64,000 nt of DNA from a virus (Duplodnaviria > Caudoviricetes), in IMG/VR virus record IMGVR_UViG_3300037247_001786, positions 288,001 to 352,000 of that record; one strand, written 5' to 3'. A model generated the notes under the pieces. The model did no database searches. It was not told the DNA's origin and worked only from the letters and a program-made list of their open reading frames with translations. A program made the position numbers and the translations under genes. Shown here in pieces: positions 59,162-64,000 of this stretch. Position 1 is the first letter of the stretch. Each line of letters starts with the position of its first letter.

Positions 59162-61582
59162 TACCTTAGAAGAAAATCGTAGAAAAAGTGATATGGCTAT
59201 GAAGAAAGATAGTATAGTGGTCAATCCCTCTGTCCTAGAACAAAAACTGGGAGAGATATTCTACAAGTTATCAGTTAAAGAAATTATGGCTATTATTAAA
59301 AAATGTGATATGGTAGAACCAGAGATAGAGCCGACTGTTATTTTAAATAATAGCTCGAAAGGAATGAAAGAGCTAATAAAAATGATAGAGGCAGGCGAAC
59401 CACATGATTGGAAAAGATTACGCTCTTGTGATCCAAGGGCGATGCGTGGAGGAGAAGCTAATTGGAGATGTTCCAAATGTGACCAAGAGATAACTGCTTC
59501 TTACGCCTGTCTGCCCGTTAAAGGATGTAAAAAATAATTTAGTAATCACAGTATATTAATTTAAGGAAATAAAATGAAAAAGTTTTTAGTAATTTTACTA
59601 TTGTTGGTATGTATTAACTCAGCCCAAGCCGATAAGTGGGTTGTATTGAAGAAATTTAAGGATGTTGTACCTGTCAGTATCTCTTATGGCAGCAAAGCGT
59701 ATACCATTACATTAGAGTCAGGAAGATGGTTTGTATGTGCTGATTCATATGCGGATGCCTCTGTCGAGAAGATGATATTAGGTTCAACTGGTACATATTA
59801 TTGGAAGGTTTCGGCTGATGGCAAATTTATTCGCGAAGATGATACTGTTAAATGGGTAGAAAATAAGGAATTAACAAAAAAGGGAAAACAACTTAAGAAG
59901 ATAGAAGATACTTCAGAGAATAAAAAAGTATTCTCTTCTAGAAAAATTAAAGAGACTCCCTCAACTTGGGTAGAAGTATTTAGAAAATTGCCTCCAAAAG
60001 ACACTGTTGTTCTGGTTAAATATACCAATGGGGTTATCACTACCGCATATGTTAATTTTAAAAATGAGTGGAAACTTACAACAGATAAAGGTAGGATTAG
60101 CGGTGGAGTGACACTGAAGTCCGTCTCTGAGTGGAAAACAATAAATTAATAACTAAGGAAATGTAGCCATGTGTCTGAAAACTAAATTATCAATAAAAGA
60201 ACAAAATAAAATAACAAAAGATATAGGCAAAGAAGGGATAGAAGTCTATAAGGTGGTAGGCATCGGAGTAAGGGGGTATCATCCTCTTTGCATCAGGAAT
60301 AAAGGATCATATAAAGAAGGCATAGATGAGGCTGATGGAGGTTCAATATATGATTTCGGCATAGTTTCCTATAAAGCAGGGTTTCACTTCTATCTGACTA
60401 AAAAAGATGCAGACAAGGCTCTAGTAGAAGTAAACCATTGTTTCGTGTTGAACCAACTTGCAGAGTTTGTCTTCCAAGGAGAATATAAAGTTATTAAATG
60501 CATCGTTAAAAAATCATGGATAACAACAATCGGAGAGGATAATATGTCGGGTATATTTGCGACTACTCTCGTAGCCAAAAAAGCAATTTTTCCTAAATTC
60601 AGAGAATAGATATGGAAGTAGATAATAAATGGAATACCAAAGATTATAATTATTGCGAAGAACATAACATGTTTTATAGAAAATATTGTTTAGGCTGTGC
60701 CTTATGCCCATATGACGAAACAGAGAAACAAAATGAAAACAATAGCACAAAAAGCAGAGGAATATATAAGGAGCATTAACGGCACCGGAGTTATGTGGGG
60801 AGATGGAAGCCTGTTACATAACATCGCTGAGTATTGCGGCATACCTCACGAAGGACTTAAAACAGAAGATAGGATATTAAATGCCATTGATAGGGGACAC
60901 AAAGGAGTGTTCAAAAAAAGTTTTGTAAGGATACATGTTGGGATGCATAATCGGGAAACTCTAGTTAGGAATTTTTCATTAATAGAAGAAGATGAGTAAA
61001 GAAAAAATATATACTGAAATACAGATAGTAAATGCGAGGGAAACTGAACTTGCAAAGATCGCTATATCTTATTTCTCACCGAGGTTGTGGACATGTGATA
61101 TTGATGTAGATGATTGGAATATCGCTATGATGATAAGAGATATAGTGATATGTGCTTATGGTTATGAGGAATTCGAATTTGGACTAAATCAAGTTTTGGG
61201 AGTAGACTACAAATTCCCCCATAAGGGAACCTCTCAAGATTATATTAAAGCTTCATGCATAGTAAGATTAAAAAAAGGAAAGATCAATGAGAATATGCCC
61301 TAAATGTAAGTCTAGAAAAGTAATCACTATCGATTCAGATAATGATTATTGCGAGAAATGTCAAGAATGGTTTCCCGCAGTAAAAGTATTTTGCGATGAT
61401 TGCGAAAAACCTCTTGGTACTCCGCATTTGCATAAGTGCGATCCCAGTTATAAAGATATCAAAGATGAGATAGAAAAGCTAAAATTGTTTCAAGATTATT
61501 CTTATTATGTTGGAACAGAAATAACGTGTGAGCGTATGCCTCTTAAATTTTCCCCTTGGTTAAGTGAAAGAAAGAAAAACAA

Positions 61583-62050
61583 ATGAAAAAAATAATGTTT
61601 GTAGCAATAATGATGTTGGTTGTATCGGTAAGTAATGCTTCATTTACTTATTCACTCACTACTAATAAAGAAACGTACAGTACTGATGAATCTATTTTTA
61701 TAGATTTTTCGGTAACTAACGAAACAGAAGAAGTTCTTATCTGGCCAAGAACATGGGGAACTCTAGGAGCAAAGATAATAAATACTGCTACAGATGAGGT
61801 CGTATGGTCGTCGCCGCGACCCGAAGTACATAGTATGATTTTTCTGCCGAATAAACTTCTCCCAGGAAAAACTTTTGAAATAGATTGGACAATAGATACA
61901 GGACTTCCTCATGGGCTTTATGATTTGGAAGGAACGTTTTTCGGATTAGACTATACTGAATATAGTGCTATAACCGTAATTCCAGAACCCAGTACATTAA
62001 TATTACTATCAATAGGAATTATGACGATCAGAAGGAGAAAAAGATGTTAA
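61583..62050 (+). CDS. PEP-CTERM sorting-domain protein with an Ig-like domain
   Basis: Signal peptide; C-terminus IPEPSTLILLSIGIMTIRRRKRC. Confidence 0.88.
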   Translation: MKKIMFVAIMMLVVSVSNASFTYSLTTNKETYSTDESIFIDFSVTNETEEVLIWPRTWGTLGAKIINTATDEVVWSSPRPEVHSMIFLPNKLLPGKTFEIDWTIDTGLPHGLYDLEGTFFGLDYTEYSAITVIPEPSTLILLSIGIMTIRRRKRC

Positions 62051-63339
62051 AAATACCAGAATCACAATTACAAAAAGTTATGTTCTATCTTTATGAGTGG
62101 ATAGAGGAAAATGAAGTTAGCAGAGCTTCCTTGCTCATAGAAGATGATAGATTAAGATTTGTAGCTGGAACGAAAGACAATGTTTACGATGATGCCTTTG
62201 AAGATGGTTTGTCGAAATTGGATTGGAATATAGCCCAGGATGAGGGTATATCAAAAATAGAGATGTCTGTGCAAAGTACTCCAAAAGATATCTTTGATGG
62301 TCTTGTTGAATCTTTTAATCCAATAGCTATAATCGAATTTGACGACATCGAGGGTAAATAAATGTTTGGAAGCGGATACGAAGCACGCATAAATAGAAAA
62401 GTACAAGAGCAAGCCAAAAGTCTAGACTACCGTAACGAGGAACTTGAATCAGAAATTAAAAATTTAAGACTCGTTATGCTTCAAGATAATAGTAATCTTG
62501 TTGATCTAGGAAGAAATGAAGTTCTAGATATAATAGCATCAGCCGCTTCTCCAGAGAATCACAATCGAAATATATCTATAAGTACTAGGAGACTACTAAG
62601 TACACCAGAAGGAGATCGTGTATATCGAGAAATAAATAAGCTACTAGAAGAAAAAAAAGAAAAGAGTGGAAGATTGCAGAAAGCCGAGCGGACATATCAA
62701 GAAATAATTAAATTATCGGAAAAAAGAAAAAATGGACAAACCTGATTGTTACAAATGCATACATAGAGGAAATACACCAGGAGACGCACATAGCTGCTGT
62801 CGGCATCCGAAAGTAGGAGATGACCCATTTGCTGCTATATTAACTATGCTCTCCACAGGGGGAGCAGTGGCTAATGAACTTAATATAAAAGGTAATGAAT
62901 ATGGGGTTCAAAGCGGTTGGTTTTTATGGCCAGCCAATTTCGATCCTGTATGGCTTGAAAGTTGTGATGGTTTCGAAGGAAATGATAAATGAAGGCGTAC
63001 AAAACATTTATAGTGAAAAGAGACGGAGTCTTAAGATCTATTTTTCATTTTTTTGATTTCCACGATGGAGAGAATGTATATAAAGAAAAAACCAGGGGAT
63101 TTCTTTCCTGGGCGACAAAAAAACAAGCGGAAAGGTATAGAGAAACACTAGTAGCTATTCATTTTTCTGAAGTGATAGTAAAAGAAATCGAGATAAAAAA
63201 AGAAGATATTATCAAAGAAGAAAAAGAAAGATTATATACAAAAGACGGTCAGAAGAAATTAAAAATCAAGAATCCATATGGAATAGCTATATACTCTACA
63301 AAGATATATATATAATAACTGTCTTCTAAATAAAAATAC

Positions 63340-63367
63340 TTGAAAGTGTTTTCTAAACTGGTATAAT
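63340..63367 (+). promoter_or_regulatory. Sigma70-like promoter
   Basis: TTGAAAGTGTTT...TGn TATAAT, 16-nt spacer. Confidence 0.7.
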
Positions 63368-64000
63368 AGATATCATGAATCTAAAAGATATTAAAGATGA
63401 TATAGATAAAATCGTTCATAACTACAAAGATAAGTGGATGAATTTTGTCTTTGAAGATGATCCAGAGACAGCAGTGGCTTTTAAAGAAAAACAGATATAC
63501 AAAGCTATGTATATTATGTCTAAAATTAACGCCTACTATTCTTTCATCAAAAACCCTATTGTGACCACTAGACAAGAGGGATTCGATTTCATATTTACCT
63601 GGGAATTCAAGAAAAGCAATCGTGTTAAATTAGAATTAGTTATTCCATGGGAAGGGAATATGTTATATATGGCACATTTTATTCACGGTATGGACAGGTC
63701 GGAAAATGAATATTTTGACAAAAGTTTTTCATCCATAGGTCAGGAGATTTCGGATATTGGAGTAATGTTAAAAGAAGCGACAATAGAGGAGACTATAAAT
63801 GGCAGTAAATAATGACTTATTACTATATATTGAGCCGAAAACAGACCCATCTGTGATGCCAGTAATAGATGCTCTTACTTGTTCAATGGTTCATGCTTTG
63901 AGAAAAGCGAAAGAGGGAAGTGTTAATTACTGGACTGAACCTCCATATACTTTCGAAGAAGGTAACGGATATAAAGGTTGGCATAGGTGTTCCTGTGGAG

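Noticed and set aside
211-63575. Most short minus-strand ORFs in the track
   Set aside because: Antisense shadows of well-supported plus-strand genes, Phe/Leu/Ile/Ser-rich as expected from reversed AT-rich codons, with no motifs.
1-64000. Alternative genetic code (stop-codon reassignment), as in some large phages
   Set aside because: Conserved enzymes are full length in code 11, and TAA, TAG and TGA all end genes at tight junctions.
1-64000. CRISPR array
   Set aside because: No regularly spaced 25-45-nt direct repeats seen by eye; the recurring motif is a dispersed promoter.

Overview
AT-rich, densely packed and almost entirely plus-strand window. It has about 120 mostly short ORFs, no recognisable structural or replication core genes and no housekeeping operons. 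This is the signature of the early/accessory region of a large (probably jumbo) dsDNA bacteriophage using the standard code. Recognisable content: five DNA methyltransferases (one split in two, two beside PD-(D/E)xK-like genes); a tmRNA; a tRNA(CAU) interrupted by an 83-nt structured insert; an RNA-repair set (two RNA ligases, Tpt1/KptA, phosphoesterases); ADP-ribose-handling enzymes (ARH, NUDIX, OGFr-like); separate CoaC and CoaB; a queuosine-salvage glycosylase; a PspA-containing membrane cluster ending in a GluR0-type ligand-gated K+ channel; a PEP-CTERM protein; two radical SAM enzymes and two HNH nucleases. A conserved TTGAAAGTGATT-type sigma70-like promoter recurs about 13 times. The strongest unexplained signal is a ~395-nt, promoter-driven, wobble-rich multi-helix non-coding RNA candidate (10285-10680) just upstream of the tmRNA. 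All protein family calls come from motif recognition by eye, not database searches.
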